From the NCBI GenBank assembly GCA_048938005.1, contig JBHLMQ010000032.1, positions 3,912 to 35,224 of the forward strand: a DNA stretch of 31,313 nucleotides, written 5' to 3'. The notes under the pieces are model-generated. The model worked only from the letters and a program-made list of their open reading frames with translations. It had not been told where the DNA came from and ran no database searches. How positions within the stretch are numbered: the first letter of the stretch is position 1; every line of letters begins with the position of its first letter. This document shows, piece after piece, positions 1-9,978 of the stretch. Both the position numbers and the translations under genes were made by a program. This stretch comes from Promethearchaeota archaeon. Lineage in GTDB: Archaea > Asgardarchaeota > Lokiarchaeia > Sigyniarchaeales > SOKP01.

Positions 1-2
1 TA

Positions 3-821
3 GTATGCCCTACATGTGGAAAAATGAAAAATATTAATATTCCTGAAGCTGTATTTTCTCAAAAAAAATTTGGTACCGTTAAAATTCAAATACCAATAAA
101 TGCTGTATGTCCTGAGCACCAATTTATTGTTTTCGTGGATACTAAAGGAAAAATAAGGGGATATGAGAAAATAGATCTTCAAATGGCTACTATTTCACCT
201 GAGGCTGAAAGGGAAGTTCCAGGAAGAATAAATCTCAGAAACTTAATTCAAACTTTTGGAGTATATGGAATTTTTAATTTAATACATGCAAAGATATTTA
301 ATTATCCTGCTTACATTTTAAAAGATGACAACTTCAAATATAATGAGGATTTATTAAATAGAATTGGAGATAATATATTACCAGAGGGATATAAAGGAAG
401 TAAATCGATCTATTTACTTGAAGAAACAGATATTAATAAAATTAAAGTTAAGGATAAAAATGCATTTATAATGGATACACACCAACATATTTTTCAAACA
501 CCGTGGACAACTAAACTTAAATTTGAAGAAGAAATCGTTAAACGCGCTTTAGAAATCATTGATGAAAAAGAACAACTCAAACTTTTACAACAAGATATTG
601 CTAATCTTACAAGGGAGGTTAGTTATGCAATCTCAATTCTTCATGATGTTGACGGAATTTATGAAGATGAATTAATTGAAAAAATATCAAAAGCTCTAAG
701 TTTAAAAAAAATTAGCAATTATCGCTTGAATTTGATTAAAGAGTTTATAAGGCGTCATATTTCAAAAAAAGTTGCTTTAAAAATCAAGAATAGAGTTGCA
801 GAATTCTTGAAAATTATTTAA
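3..821 (+). CDS. Hypothetical CxxC...CxxH metal-binding protein, 5'-truncated by the window edge; paralogue of 30317..30856
   Basis: The frame is open upstream of the ATG at 24: nt 3-23 read VCPTCGK. CPTC..VCPEHQFIVFVDTKGKIRGYEKIDL aligns with CPIC..ICPHHFQFFMDNNFQIRGYQKVDL in the 30317 ORF. Confidence 0.8.
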   Translation, partial: VCPTCGKMKNINIPEAVFSQKKFGTVKIQIPINAVCPEHQFIVFVDTKGKIRGYEKIDLQMATISPEAEREVPGRINLRNLIQTFGVYGIFNLIHAKIFNYPAYILKDDNFKYNEDLLNRIGDNILPEGYKGSKSIYLLEETDINKIKVKDKNAFIMDTHQHIFQTPWTTKLKFEEEIVKRALEIIDEKEQLKLLQQDIANLTREVSYAISILHDVDGIYEDELIEKISKALSLKKISNYRLNLIKEFIRRHISKKVALKIKNRVAEFLKII

Positions 822-936
822 TTATTTTTTATTAGCTCTAACTATTTGTTTTTATAGAAAAAATAAAATAGAGATCATTAATTTATTTAAAAAGCAATTT
901 TAAATTATATTCAAAATATTAAAAAGGGAATAAAAA

Positions 937-1731
937 ATGGTTGTAGTAGGTGACTGGGGGTTTCAGAACCGCTTTAATAGGATTATAAAGCCAAAGAGTG
1001 GGCGGTGTGTTATGTTAGCAATTGACCATGGATATTTTGGAAACGTTCCTGGTCAACTGAAATGCTTTACAGATATGAAACCATTATTTGAATATGCTGA
1101 TGCTCTTATGTTGACAAGAGGGATGCTTAGAAATTGTGTACCTTCTGAAATTGATGTACCTATTGTCTTAAGAGTATCCGCGGGAGCATCAATGTTAAAG
1201 GAACTCTCTAATGAAGAAATAAATGTTGCTATTGATGATGCGATAAGATTAAATGTCTCGGCTATTACTTGCTCTATTTTTGTAGGAGGAGAATATGAGA
1301 AACAAACTTTAATGAATCTTTCAAAATTAGTAAATTGGGGTCAAGAATATGGCATTCCTACATTAGCAGTCACTGCCGTAGGAAGAGAAATGGTGAGAGA
1401 TGCACGATATCTTGGAATGGCAAGTAGAATGGCTGCAGAAATGGGTGCTACTTTTGTAAAGACATACTATTGTGAGAACTTTGAGGAAGTCACAAGCATT
1501 TGTCCAGCTCCAATTGTAATTGCTGGAGGAAAAAAAATTGAAGAAAGAGATGCATTGAAGATGTCAAAGAATGCAGTTGATAAAGGTGCAAGGGGAGTAG
1601 ATATGGGGCGCAATATTTTTCAAAGCGATTCTCCTATTGGAATGATTAAAGCAGTTCGGGCTATTGTTCACGAAAATGCTTCAGTAGATGAAGCTTATGA
1701 AATTTATAATCAAGGCCCTAAGGGTTTATAA
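937..1731 (+). CDS. lsrF: LsrF-like 3-hydroxy-5-phosphonooxypentane-2,4-dione thiolase (DhnA-type class I aldolase family)
   Basis: DWG..NR..RI, VMLAIDHGYF, AAEMGA.FVKTYY (catalytic Lys), PIVIAGGKK and GVDMGRNIFQS are collinear with E. coli LsrF as I recall it. Confidence 0.88.
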   Translation: MVVVGDWGFQNRFNRIIKPKSGRCVMLAIDHGYFGNVPGQLKCFTDMKPLFEYADALMLTRGMLRNCVPSEIDVPIVLRVSAGASMLKELSNEEINVAIDDAIRLNVSAITCSIFVGGEYEKQTLMNLSKLVNWGQEYGIPTLAVTAVGREMVRDARYLGMASRMAAEMGATFVKTYYCENFEEVTSICPAPIVIAGGKKIEERDALKMSKNAVDKGARGVDMGRNIFQSDSPIGMIKAVRAIVHENASVDEAYEIYNQGPKGL

Positions 1732-1759
1732 TTTTATTTTTATTTTCTTTTTTTTTTTT
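1732..1759 (+). terminator. Oligo-T archaeal-type terminator after lsrF
   Basis: T-rich run ending in 12 consecutive T (1748-1759) directly after the stop codon. Confidence 0.5.
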
Positions 1760-1880
1760 GCATTTATATTTAATTTTAATATTGAACCTGCTATTATCGA
1801 GAGTTCTACATTTATATATTAGGAAATATATGCATGCAAAATAATTTTAAAAAAAAAATTAAAAAAAGTGTTGAAAAAAA

Positions 1881-2285
1881 ATGGCTGAGGAAATTCTAAA
1901 ATTCACAAAATTGACTTTTATAATCCATTTTGTAATTTCACTTATTTTTACAATATTATTTTTTCTTCCGGATATCACTGTTCCGTTGTTTGGAATACCT
2001 TTTAATATATACACCCAGGCTATGTGTTTGACTATTGCCTCTCTTTTTGCAGGATTTATGGTGAGTTCTTTTTGCAGTGTATTCGCAAAAGAATGGAAAC
2101 AAGTTAAAATTGTGGTAATTTTTGAAGTTGTATGGTTAGTTGCCAATTTGATAACAATGATTATTAGTTTCATTGTTTTGGATGTATTAATGGCTACATT
2201 AACACTTATAATTACGATTGTTTTGCTAGTGCTTTTTATACTAACATTACTACAACAAGAAGATAAAATGAAAGCATTATTTTAG
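1881..2285 (+). CDS. Hypothetical membrane protein (about 4 TM helices)
   Basis: 134 aa with four hydrophobic segments and an ATG start. Confidence 0.75.
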   Translation: MAEEILKFTKLTFIIHFVISLIFTILFFLPDITVPLFGIPFNIYTQAMCLTIASLFAGFMVSSFCSVFAKEWKQVKIVVIFEVVWLVANLITMIISFIVLDVLMATLTLIITIVLLVLFILTLLQQEDKMKALF

Positions 2286-2452
2286 CGAAAAATTGAAAAA
2301 CTCTAAAATCTAATTATTTTTTTTTTATTCACACCTAATAATTTTTAGAGACTATGGAATATTAGAAACTTAACTTTTATTAAAGTCATCTTATTAAAGT
2401 TTCATTTATTTTTTATTGCAATTGGGTTAATTTATCAATATTATTTAATTCC

Positions 2453-3418
2453 ATGTCTCTTCCAAAAATAGATAATCTTGAAATCAGAGATGTAACAGAA
2501 AATATTTTACTAATCCATCAAAAAAGAACACCCTTCTTATTTTCTTGCTGTGATGGCCTTCTAGTTTTACCTAAAGAAGGTAGGAATAAATTTACAATAG
2601 CACTTGATTTAAACATTGAGCCTAAATATATTAAAGCTATAAATAATATATACGGACCAGTCTCAAATTATGTATGTACTCACGCACATGTAGATCACAC
2701 TTGCCATGTATATGCTTGGGAAAAGAGTGGAGCTATTATTCACGCTCCAAATCCTGAAGCAAGTTATTTACTAGATCTTCACAATTTTTACAGAGGTTTT
2801 GGCTTTGATGAAGCGATGGATTATTCGTCGGTTGAAAAATTTGGAGAATTAAATGGATTTCATGAGTGTAAAGATGTAAATCCATTTAAACCAGGAGATT
2901 CTTTAAAATTTGAAGACTTCAATATAAAGACTATTTCATTACCCGGACATTCAAAAGCACATATTGGCTTTTTATTGCCTACTGAAAAAATATTACATAT
3001 CAGTTGCTTAGGATTCGATAAACCAAAACCAGAAATAGACGGTTTTGGTCCTTGGTATGGATTTAAACAAGCCTCAATTGAACAATATATTGAAGATATT
3101 AATCGTGCAGAAGCTATTTTTTTGAATGATGCTAAATTCTTAACTACAAGTCATTCCTATATTGTTAAAAACCCAGATACATATCCGTTTGAATATATGA
3201 GAACTAAGATTGATAATAACCAAAACCAAGTTGATCGAGCTTTAAAAGCATCAGATTCTTTGAAAAAATCTGAAGATGATGCAGTCAAGCAATTACTTAA
3301 AATGGATATTTTTTTCCCAAAAAAGAAATTAAAAGGTTTTTTACTCGAAATATATACATTGTGGGAATCTTGGATAATTCGGAAGCATATCCAGAGAAGT
3401 AAATATATCAGAAAGTAG
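2453..3418 (+). CDS. Metallo-beta-lactamase-fold hydrolase
   Basis: THAHVDH (HxHxDH), PGHS..H and a late TSH motif. Confidence 0.85.
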   Translation: MSLPKIDNLEIRDVTENILLIHQKRTPFLFSCCDGLLVLPKEGRNKFTIALDLNIEPKYIKAINNIYGPVSNYVCTHAHVDHTCHVYAWEKSGAIIHAPNPEASYLLDLHNFYRGFGFDEAMDYSSVEKFGELNGFHECKDVNPFKPGDSLKFEDFNIKTISLPGHSKAHIGFLLPTEKILHISCLGFDKPKPEIDGFGPWYGFKQASIEQYIEDINRAEAIFLNDAKFLTTSHSYIVKNPDTYPFEYMRTKIDNNQNQVDRALKASDSLKKSEDDAVKQLLKMDIFFPKKKLKGFLLEIYTLWESWIIRKHIQRSKYIRK

Positions 3419-3427
3419 AATTTATAA

Positions 3428-4477
3428 TCAATTTTCTTCTGGTTCCAATATAACTTTGATAGATTCACCGGCTTCACATACTACTTTAAAAGCTTCACCA
3501 GCTTTGCTGAGTGGGAATCTATGAGTAATTAAATCTACAACATTGATTCTCTTAGAAAGGATCCAATTATATGCTTCATCAAGATCTTCAGGAGCGGCTC
3601 CATAAGAAGTCATAATAGTAATCTCGTTTCTCCAATACTTATTTATAGGAACATTAAGGTAAACCCATGGTTCTGGAACCGCAAAAAAAATGATTTTACT
3701 TCCGGGGGACGCACATTCTAAAGCTTGGTTTGCTGCTGATATGGCTCCAGTACATACTATAACAATATCAGCTAATCTGTATTTGTTGATCTTCTTTATT
3801 TCTTCTGGTAAATCTTCATTCGCATGAAAAATGGCATCAGCTCCAAATTCTTTGGCTTTTTGTAGACGGAATTCATTAATGTCAGTTGCTATGACTTTTT
3901 TCGCTCCACGAAGTTTTGCTAATTGAATATGTAATAACCCAGACGCCCCACATCCTAAAATTAATACAGTAAATCCCTTTTTAACATTTGCTAATCTTTG
4001 AGCACGACAGACACACCCTAATGGCTCTATGAAAACTGCTTCTTCATAAGATACATTTTTATCTAAAACATACACTCCTTTCTTTTCTATATTGATTTGT
4101 GGGACTCTCACATATTCAGCAAAACCTCCAGGATCAAAATTAGTATTATGAAGTAGATTACATGCAGTATGATGCCCTTGCTTACAATAATGACATTCAA
4201 AACACGGAACATGGTGTGATACAAATACACGATCTCCAATTTTAAGATGCTTGATAGTTTCACTTTTCTCTACTATATCTCCTGCGATTTCATGACCCAA
4301 AATTAAAGAATTAACTCCTAATTTTTTCATTTTTGCTTTTCTATAATATTCTAAAATGTCAGATCCACAAATTCCAGATTTTTTTACCTTAACCAAGAAC
4401 TCTCCTGGACCAATTATTGGTTTAAGCATCTCATCTTCTCTTATATCGTTATTACTATAATACCTTGCAACTTTCAT
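3428..4477 (-). CDS. Zn-dependent medium-chain alcohol/polyol dehydrogenase (L-iditol/threonine dehydrogenase-like)
   Basis: GICGSD, LGHE, structural Zn site CFECHYC..C, EPL.C and GCGASG nucleotide-binding loop. Confidence 0.92.
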   Translation of the reverse strand: MKVARYYSNNDIREDEMLKPIIGPGEFLVKVKKSGICGSDILEYYRKAKMKKLGVNSLILGHEIAGDIVEKSETIKHLKIGDRVFVSHHVPCFECHYCKQGHHTACNLLHNTNFDPGGFAEYVRVPQINIEKKGVYVLDKNVSYEEAVFIEPLGCVCRAQRLANVKKGFTVLILGCGASGLLHIQLAKLRGAKKVIATDINEFRLQKAKEFGADAIFHANEDLPEEIKKINKYRLADIVIVCTGAISAANQALECASPGSKIIFFAVPEPWVYLNVPINKYWRNEITIMTSYGAAPEDLDEAYNWILSKRINVVDLITHRFPLSKAGEAFKVVCEAGESIKVILEPEEN

Positions 4478-4644
4478 GATTCATTCATTAAAAAGCAATT
4501 ATAGATATATAATTTATGTGTGATTATTTATAATTTTTGAATTCAATTCTTTTTATTGATAGAGGCATCGATCTAAGTGAAAAACAATTCATTTCAATGT
4601 TAAAAAATGAAATAAAAAAAGTAAAAATAATAATAAGAAGTTAA

Positions 4645-5283
4645 TTATTTCGCTTTTCTCCGTCGTAATAGTTTAAAGGCAATATCCGTCCCCATTCCTT
4701 GCTTATAAGCTAGTTCAATCCAAAGCATTCCCAAAGGTTCAATAAGTCTAGCATTTGTGAGTGGTCCAGCATCAATAACATCAAAACCGAGATCGAGTCC
4801 TAATTGCTTCAATTTTGATTTTGCGTCTAAATCATCTCCACAAATAAATAAACTTGCTTGTACGGAGCCAAATTGTAATTTATTTAAACTTTCTACTCCA
4901 ACAGTATGAACTGCTTTTATCACTTTAGCCCCTTCTGCCCATTTTGCGATTTTTTCTGCTGCGGATGGAATTATTTCTATTAAAGGCCCTCCCAAATGGG
5001 GCGCAGCAGTAGTAGTAGAATCTACAATAATCTTACCATCTAAATTTCCTGCCATTTTGATTGATTCTTTTGCTGTTGACCATGGAACTGCTAGAATGGC
5101 AACATCACTAAATTGTGCTGCTTCTTCATATGTTCCACCATTTGCATTAGATCCAATTGAAATTGCTAACTTTTTTGCTTTCTGAGGATCCCGAGAGCCA
5201 AACATAATCACATGACCCTTTTCTGCCCAAATTTTTCCTAGAGCAGTTCCTAATCTTCCAGTGCCAATTATTCCAAGCTTCAA
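4645..5283 (-). CDS. NADPH-dependent F420 reductase family oxidoreductase (TTG start)
   Basis: GIIGTGRLG, GSRDP, ILAVPW, ICGDD..AK and DAGPL.NAR.IEP; AGGAG upstream. Confidence 0.85.
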   Translation of the reverse strand: MKLGIIGTGRLGTALGKIWAEKGHVIMFGSRDPQKAKKLAISIGSNANGGTYEEAAQFSDVAILAVPWSTAKESIKMAGNLDGKIIVDSTTTAAPHLGGPLIEIIPSAAEKIAKWAEGAKVIKAVHTVGVESLNKLQFGSVQASLFICGDDLDAKSKLKQLGLDLGFDVIDAGPLTNARLIEPLGMLWIELAYKQGMGTDIAFKLLRRRKAK

Positions 5284-5368
5284 TTTTTTTCTGAACTCCT
5301 TTTTTTTTAATTGAAAATAAATCAGTTGACTATTTATATCTTGAGTTGTCTTTTAGTTATATTAAAAA

Positions 5369-5962
5369 TTAAGAAAATTCTTCAACTATTATATTAAGTA
5401 TCTGCACAGCTCTTGAGAGATTGAAAATTCCACAAACACATGGTTTTTTTAATTTCTTTGCTGCGTTTTCTACCGAGATTTTTCCATCTTTAATCAATTG
5501 CACATAATACTCGACAGATTGTGGTGAGATACAATGATGTCCACACATAGTTGTAATTTCTAAAAACTTTTCAGAAGGTAATAACTCTTTTTTCCCAAAT
5601 ATACCTAAAGAAAGATGGATAGTATGTAAGTCTAAACCAACCTTGGTTGTTATATTTTGAATTTCAGTAATTAATCCACTTACAACAATTGAAATCCCAA
5701 AATCTTCCTTTTTAAGAGTTTTTATAACTTTTTCCACAATTTTAATATCTGAATAGGTTGCTGTGATAATAGGAGAAATTTTCCAAGCAGCTTCTGGCAT
5801 TATATTTATAGGGTTATGTTGCTTTAAAATTTCACCAATCTTTATTAAATTTTTACGTGAATCCTGATGTTTATCATTTATACCTGCTGCAAACATAGCT
5901 AGCACTACATAATCTCCCCTTAAGTTTTTAACATTTCCTCTCCTATGCAACGAATGAGTCAA
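5369..5962 (-). CDS. Conserved hypothetical protein with Cys motifs, probable partner of the upstream 4Fe-4S protein (TTG start)
   Basis: MTHSLHRRG N-terminus, TMCGHHCIS and PCVCGIFN; 19 nt downstream of the 4Fe-4S gene, with GAGGT upstream. Confidence 0.75.
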   Translation of the reverse strand: MTHSLHRRGNVKNLRGDYVVLAMFAAGINDKHQDSRKNLIKIGEILKQHNPINIMPEAAWKISPIITATYSDIKIVEKVIKTLKKEDFGISIVVSGLITEIQNITTKVGLDLHTIHLSLGIFGKKELLPSEKFLEITTMCGHHCISPQSVEYYVQLIKDGKISVENAAKKLKKPCVCGIFNLSRAVQILNIIVEEFS

Positions 5963-5981
5963 TTTCTTACTTACCTCTTTT

Positions 5982-6683
5982 TTACGGTTTTCCTAATCCA
6001 ATGTTAATTTTAGCATTTGGTCTTGTTTCAAAACTCTGTTTCGATAATACATTAATGAGAGGTTCAATATTGTTTTCTATTACTCTTGAAATTATACCAA
6101 CAGAAAAAACCGTGTCAATTTCTTCTTCTACCTCTCTAATTATTTGTAATACTTGATTCAATTTTTCCTTAGAAATCTTAAATTCAATGATCGCAGAGAG
6201 AACAAATTCATCTTTAATTTCTTCTTTTATATGCCCTTTATCATCGATAATAATCGCTGTTACTGGGCTTTTTTTTTCATATTCTACACCAATTTTTGAA
6301 AGCTTTGTAGTGAATAGTTCAATATTTCTAAGATGTGACCCTACACCAGGGCGTCCTATTTCAATTGAAATTCCAATTTCATCAATCTCAAAACGATTTG
6401 TTACATCATTAGTTTTCATTTCTTCAGTGCCTCTTCCAGGAATTCCTGTAATTTTATGTGTAGCAATTACATTACTGAAAGGGCTCCGAATTATTCTTGG
6501 CCATTTTAATCTGCTAGATTTAATTGCCTGAACCGGACATTCGGCGTATCGATAACAAACAGCACATTCAACACACTGATCCTTATTAATAAATGCTTTT
6601 TTTTCTACTAAAAAAATTGCCTGAACTGGACAAATGACAATACATTGTCCACATCCATTACATATTTCTGTTTTTATATCCAT
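5982..6683 (-). CDS. 4Fe-4S dicluster domain protein with uncharacterised C-terminal domain
   Basis: CNGCGQCIVICP and CVECAVC....ECP, followed by GRGTEEMKTNDVT. Confidence 0.85.
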   Translation of the reverse strand: MDIKTEICNGCGQCIVICPVQAIFLVEKKAFINKDQCVECAVCYRYAECPVQAIKSSRLKWPRIIRSPFSNVIATHKITGIPGRGTEEMKTNDVTNRFEIDEIGISIEIGRPGVGSHLRNIELFTTKLSKIGVEYEKKSPVTAIIIDDKGHIKEEIKDEFVLSAIIEFKISKEKLNQVLQIIREVEEEIDTVFSVGIISRVIENNIEPLINVLSKQSFETRPNAKINIGLGKP

Positions 6684-6684
6684 A

Positions 6685-7956
6685 TTAAATTTGCCCAGAT
6701 TTAATATTATCTATGTCTTTAGGTAATGATTTAATAATTGGAATAAGGATACTAGTACAAATTAAAGCCATAATTGATAAGATAAGGTAACCCGGACTAT
6801 AAAGATTGTTGAAAACTACAAAGAATTGCCCTAGTAGTAGTAAACTTATACTCCTGCCAAATGTGTAGGCTAGATAATTAAGACTATAAATTGTTGATCT
6901 GATTTGTGGAGGATTAATTCCGAGAGTTGCTTGAGTTAGAGGATCAATACCTCCAAATAGAAAAGCACCTAATAAAGCAAAAATAATGAATATAATTAGA
7001 ATTGGTAATTCATTTGATATAAAGAATAAAGAATAGGCTATAATATAGAGGATTGATCCACTTACTAGACATATCAATACAACTTTCATTCTTCCATTTT
7101 TATCAGTTTCGTATTTTTTATCTCCAAGTTTCCCGAATATGGGCCCTGCTGGAATCTGTGATCCAAAAATTGTTATTAAAATTACTGTTGCAATAGTAGA
7201 GCTAATCCATGGATAATCATTTTTAAGCATTGAAATAAAGAAAGAGGATATTGCACCGATAGATATAAACATAGCAAAATTCAAAAGTAATATCCATAAA
7301 GTTGATTTAATTTTCCAAATTTGCCTAAGATCATCAAATTTAATCTTATATCCTACTCCAAGAGTATCTTCATCAATAACTTTATAAATGTCATCTTTGC
7401 CTCCTCTTAATGGTTCCTCGATTGAAAATAGTGATCCTGTACAAAGAAATCCAGTCATAGAAATGATTAAGAGTGGTATTTGCCATGAATAATAGTCAAT
7501 TAAGAATCCTGAAAGAATTTGTCCAAGACCATTACCTAAAACATATATGGCACTTAAAGTTCCAAAGCGCTTGCCCCGATTTTTGGACTCAACCAAATCA
7601 ACTGTTAATGAGAAGATTAAGGGTAAGGCTGCTCCAAAACCTATTGCTGTTATCAATTGAAATACTAATAAGGAAAGAAAATTAGTTGAGAAAATTGTTA
7701 AATACGTAAATATTGACCATTCGAGAGTTGAAATGATTAGCAAAATTCTTCGTGAGAATTTATCTCCTAATATTGCCCAAATAAGAGAACTTACAGCACC
7801 AACCATTAAAAATATTGAATTAATAAACGTCACTTGATTTTCATCAAAACCCAAAGCTGAAGAGATTTCTTCTGCCATTGGAGTTATAATGCTAAAAAGA
7901 GCAGATGAAAAAAGTGTTAATAATATCAATACTTGGGTAGATTTCAATTTCTTCAT
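6685..7956 (-). CDS. MFS transporter
   Basis: About 12 hydrophobic segments; motif A-like LGDKFSRR; stop codon 1 nt from the next start. Confidence 0.9.
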   Translation of the reverse strand: MKKLKSTQVLILLTLFSSALFSIITPMAEEISSALGFDENQVTFINSIFLMVGAVSSLIWAILGDKFSRRILLIISTLEWSIFTYLTIFSTNFLSLLVFQLITAIGFGAALPLIFSLTVDLVESKNRGKRFGTLSAIYVLGNGLGQILSGFLIDYYSWQIPLLIISMTGFLCTGSLFSIEEPLRGGKDDIYKVIDEDTLGVGYKIKFDDLRQIWKIKSTLWILLLNFAMFISIGAISSFFISMLKNDYPWISSTIATVILITIFGSQIPAGPIFGKLGDKKYETDKNGRMKVVLICLVSGSILYIIAYSLFFISNELPILIIFIIFALLGAFLFGGIDPLTQATLGINPPQIRSTIYSLNYLAYTFGRSISLLLLGQFFVVFNNLYSPGYLILSIMALICTSILIPIIKSLPKDIDNIKSGQI

Positions 7957-8111
7957 AATGTATCGATTTCTTAAAATTATAATTTATAACTTAAATTATG
8001 TCTTTTTTCTATTTAATAATTTAAATAATGGATGGTGTTAATCCAATTTCCTAAATTTAAAGATAAAAATATTTATCTCATCCAAATAAAAATGAATAAA
8101 AAAGAGTTTTA

Positions 8112-8324
8112 TTAATTCTTATTATTTAATTTGCTTCTAATAAGCATTTTAAAGCTATCGTCGTCGAGATCTTTATACATTTTCAATTCTTTTTTTAAGA
8201 AATCATGCAAAGCGATTCTTATCGCCTCGCTCCTAGAAGGATAGACTCCCATATCATTTAAAATTTGAATCGCTTGTAAATATTTTTCAGGTAAATTTAT
8301 TGTAATAATCTTCATTTTAGACAA
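8112..8324 (-). CDS. Ribbon-helix-helix (CopG-like) transcriptional regulator
   Basis: KIITINLPEKYL beta strand and G.YPSRSEAIR.AL motif. Confidence 0.85.
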   Translation of the reverse strand: MSKMKIITINLPEKYLQAIQILNDMGVYPSRSEAIRIALHDFLKKELKMYKDLDDDSFKMLIRSKLNNKN

Positions 8325-8543
8325 CCCTTTTGAGAAAAAATTTAAAAATCCACTATTTGCTAAATTCTATACTTTATATATTTCGTCGGATGTTTTATAA
8401 ATTGATTATATTAATCCTTTAATGGTATTAATCTCTTAATTGCTGACGAATATAATTCTATCAATAACCTAATAAATACAATAATAATATTAATGCAATA
8501 ACATACTTTTTTTTGAAACAAATTTATAAAAAAGATTGATGTA

Positions 8544-9305
8544 TTACCCAGGTTTTGAAAATGATTTTACATGCAATACTAATGAGAACGCCGATTTATA
8601 CAACTCTGCATGACCTACTTCTTTAATGTCCCGCAAATAATTTATTGTGTAATTCTCTTCCCGTTTTAAATATGTTTTATTTCTCGTTTTATGATCCTTG
8701 TCCAAGAATACATCAATTTTTAAAACTTTTTGATCCAAACGGCTTGGTATCTCTGGCATCATGTTAAATGTGAAAATTAAATCTGGGTCTAATTCACTTG
8801 TAGCACCTACAACAAAGAGTAGATTTGGTTCAGCAACGGCTAGGAAACTTTCTAGAGAATGGAATAAATCATCAATTTTTACCGTTAAATTTGAATCTCC
8901 ATCAACATTAAAAGTACTACAATCACTAATTTTAGGGAGAATAAATTTTTCCTTACCATGAAAGGCAAGACTCATTTCATTAGAGTTCAGGAAGTTTTTA
9001 ATAATTGGATCATCTTTTTCTATAACAAATTTATCAGTAATTGGTTCATTTTTAATGTAAATAACTAATGATCCTGCTGAAATCAAATTAATCTTTTGAT
9101 AATAAATCTTGAAAACTGGATTATAGGGCAAAGTAATAACTTCTTTGGTACCGCCTAAACCTATTTGAGCTAAAATATTAGTTGGGACTTGGCTGGTTAG
9201 AGTAAATAATAAAAAAGATCTAAAATCACTCAATTCAATAAAGTTAGAAAAGTTTTCAAAGTATTTATAAATAGTATTTACATTTTGCTTTAATTCATCA
9301 GACAT
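8544..9305 (-). CDS. Hypothetical protein
   Basis: 253-aa ORF with ATG start, co-oriented with its neighbours; no motif recognised. Confidence 0.75.
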   Translation of the reverse strand: MSDELKQNVNTIYKYFENFSNFIELSDFRSFLLFTLTSQVPTNILAQIGLGGTKEVITLPYNPVFKIYYQKINLISAGSLVIYIKNEPITDKFVIEKDDPIIKNFLNSNEMSLAFHGKEKFILPKISDCSTFNVDGDSNLTVKIDDLFHSLESFLAVAEPNLLFVVGATSELDPDLIFTFNMMPEIPSRLDQKVLKIDVFLDKDHKTRNKTYLKREENYTINYLRDIKEVGHAELYKSAFSLVLHVKSFSKPG

Positions 9306-9370
9306 TTTTATTACTTTTGAGAAAATAGTGTAAGTTAGTTATATCTATGAATTAAAGATTATAATTAAAT

Positions 9371-9793
9371 CTAATTATCTAAATATTTTGAAAGAAATTC
9401 TTCTAATGAAGCTTTGACATCTCGAGTAATGTGATGCTCTATTTCACAAGATAGATTTTCGATAATTTCTTCATCTTCCATTTGTAATACTTTTGCGAAA
9501 AATTGGTAAAGTAGAGAGTGTATTTCGTTTAATTGTTTAGCAATTCTTTTTCCTTCTTCAGTTAACCTTATGGACTTTCTAGGTTCCCATTTAATTAATC
9601 CTTTTTTTTTTAATTTTTCTAACATACCTGACACGGAAGCAGGTTCAACTTGAAGGCTTTCTGCTATCTCTTTATTTGTAACCCAACCACCTTTCTTAGT
9701 CCGTGAGATTGAGTAAATTTCATCTAAGTATCTCTGATAGCTTTCTGGAATATCTGAGATCGTAGAAATTTCTTTATAACTTTTTTTCGCCAT
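9371..9793 (-). CDS. DtxR/MntR-family metal-dependent transcriptional regulator
   Basis: YL.EIY, wHTH EIAESLQVEPASVSGMLEKL, LTEEG and CEIEH metal site. Confidence 0.92.
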   Translation of the reverse strand: MAKKSYKEISTISDIPESYQRYLDEIYSISRTKKGGWVTNKEIAESLQVEPASVSGMLEKLKKKGLIKWEPRKSIRLTEEGKRIAKQLNEIHSLLYQFFAKVLQMEDEEIIENLSCEIEHHITRDVKASLEEFLSKYLDN

Positions 9794-9978
9794 CGCTGAA
9801 TTATATAGTTTGAGTAATTTGATATAAAAATTTAATTTTTTTTTCCAAGATTGTTAACAAAAAATATTCTTAAAAGTCTTTCTGATTTAATTTATTTTTA
9901 CTTTTTTCTTATAGATTTTATATTATAAATGTTCTTAATATGAATATAATTTATTAAAATTTTTAATTTGTTGAATAA

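Noticed and set aside
4305-4345. Roughly 6-aa extra segment (YYRKAKMKKLGVNSL) in the Zn dehydrogenase as a possible in-frame intron
   Set aside because: No convincing BHB or inner hairpin; it is probably an ordinary loop insertion.
9851-9860. Palindrome TTGTTAACAA upstream of the DtxR-family gene as an operator
   Set aside because: It is short, AT-rich and does not extend, so it cannot be told apart from chance.
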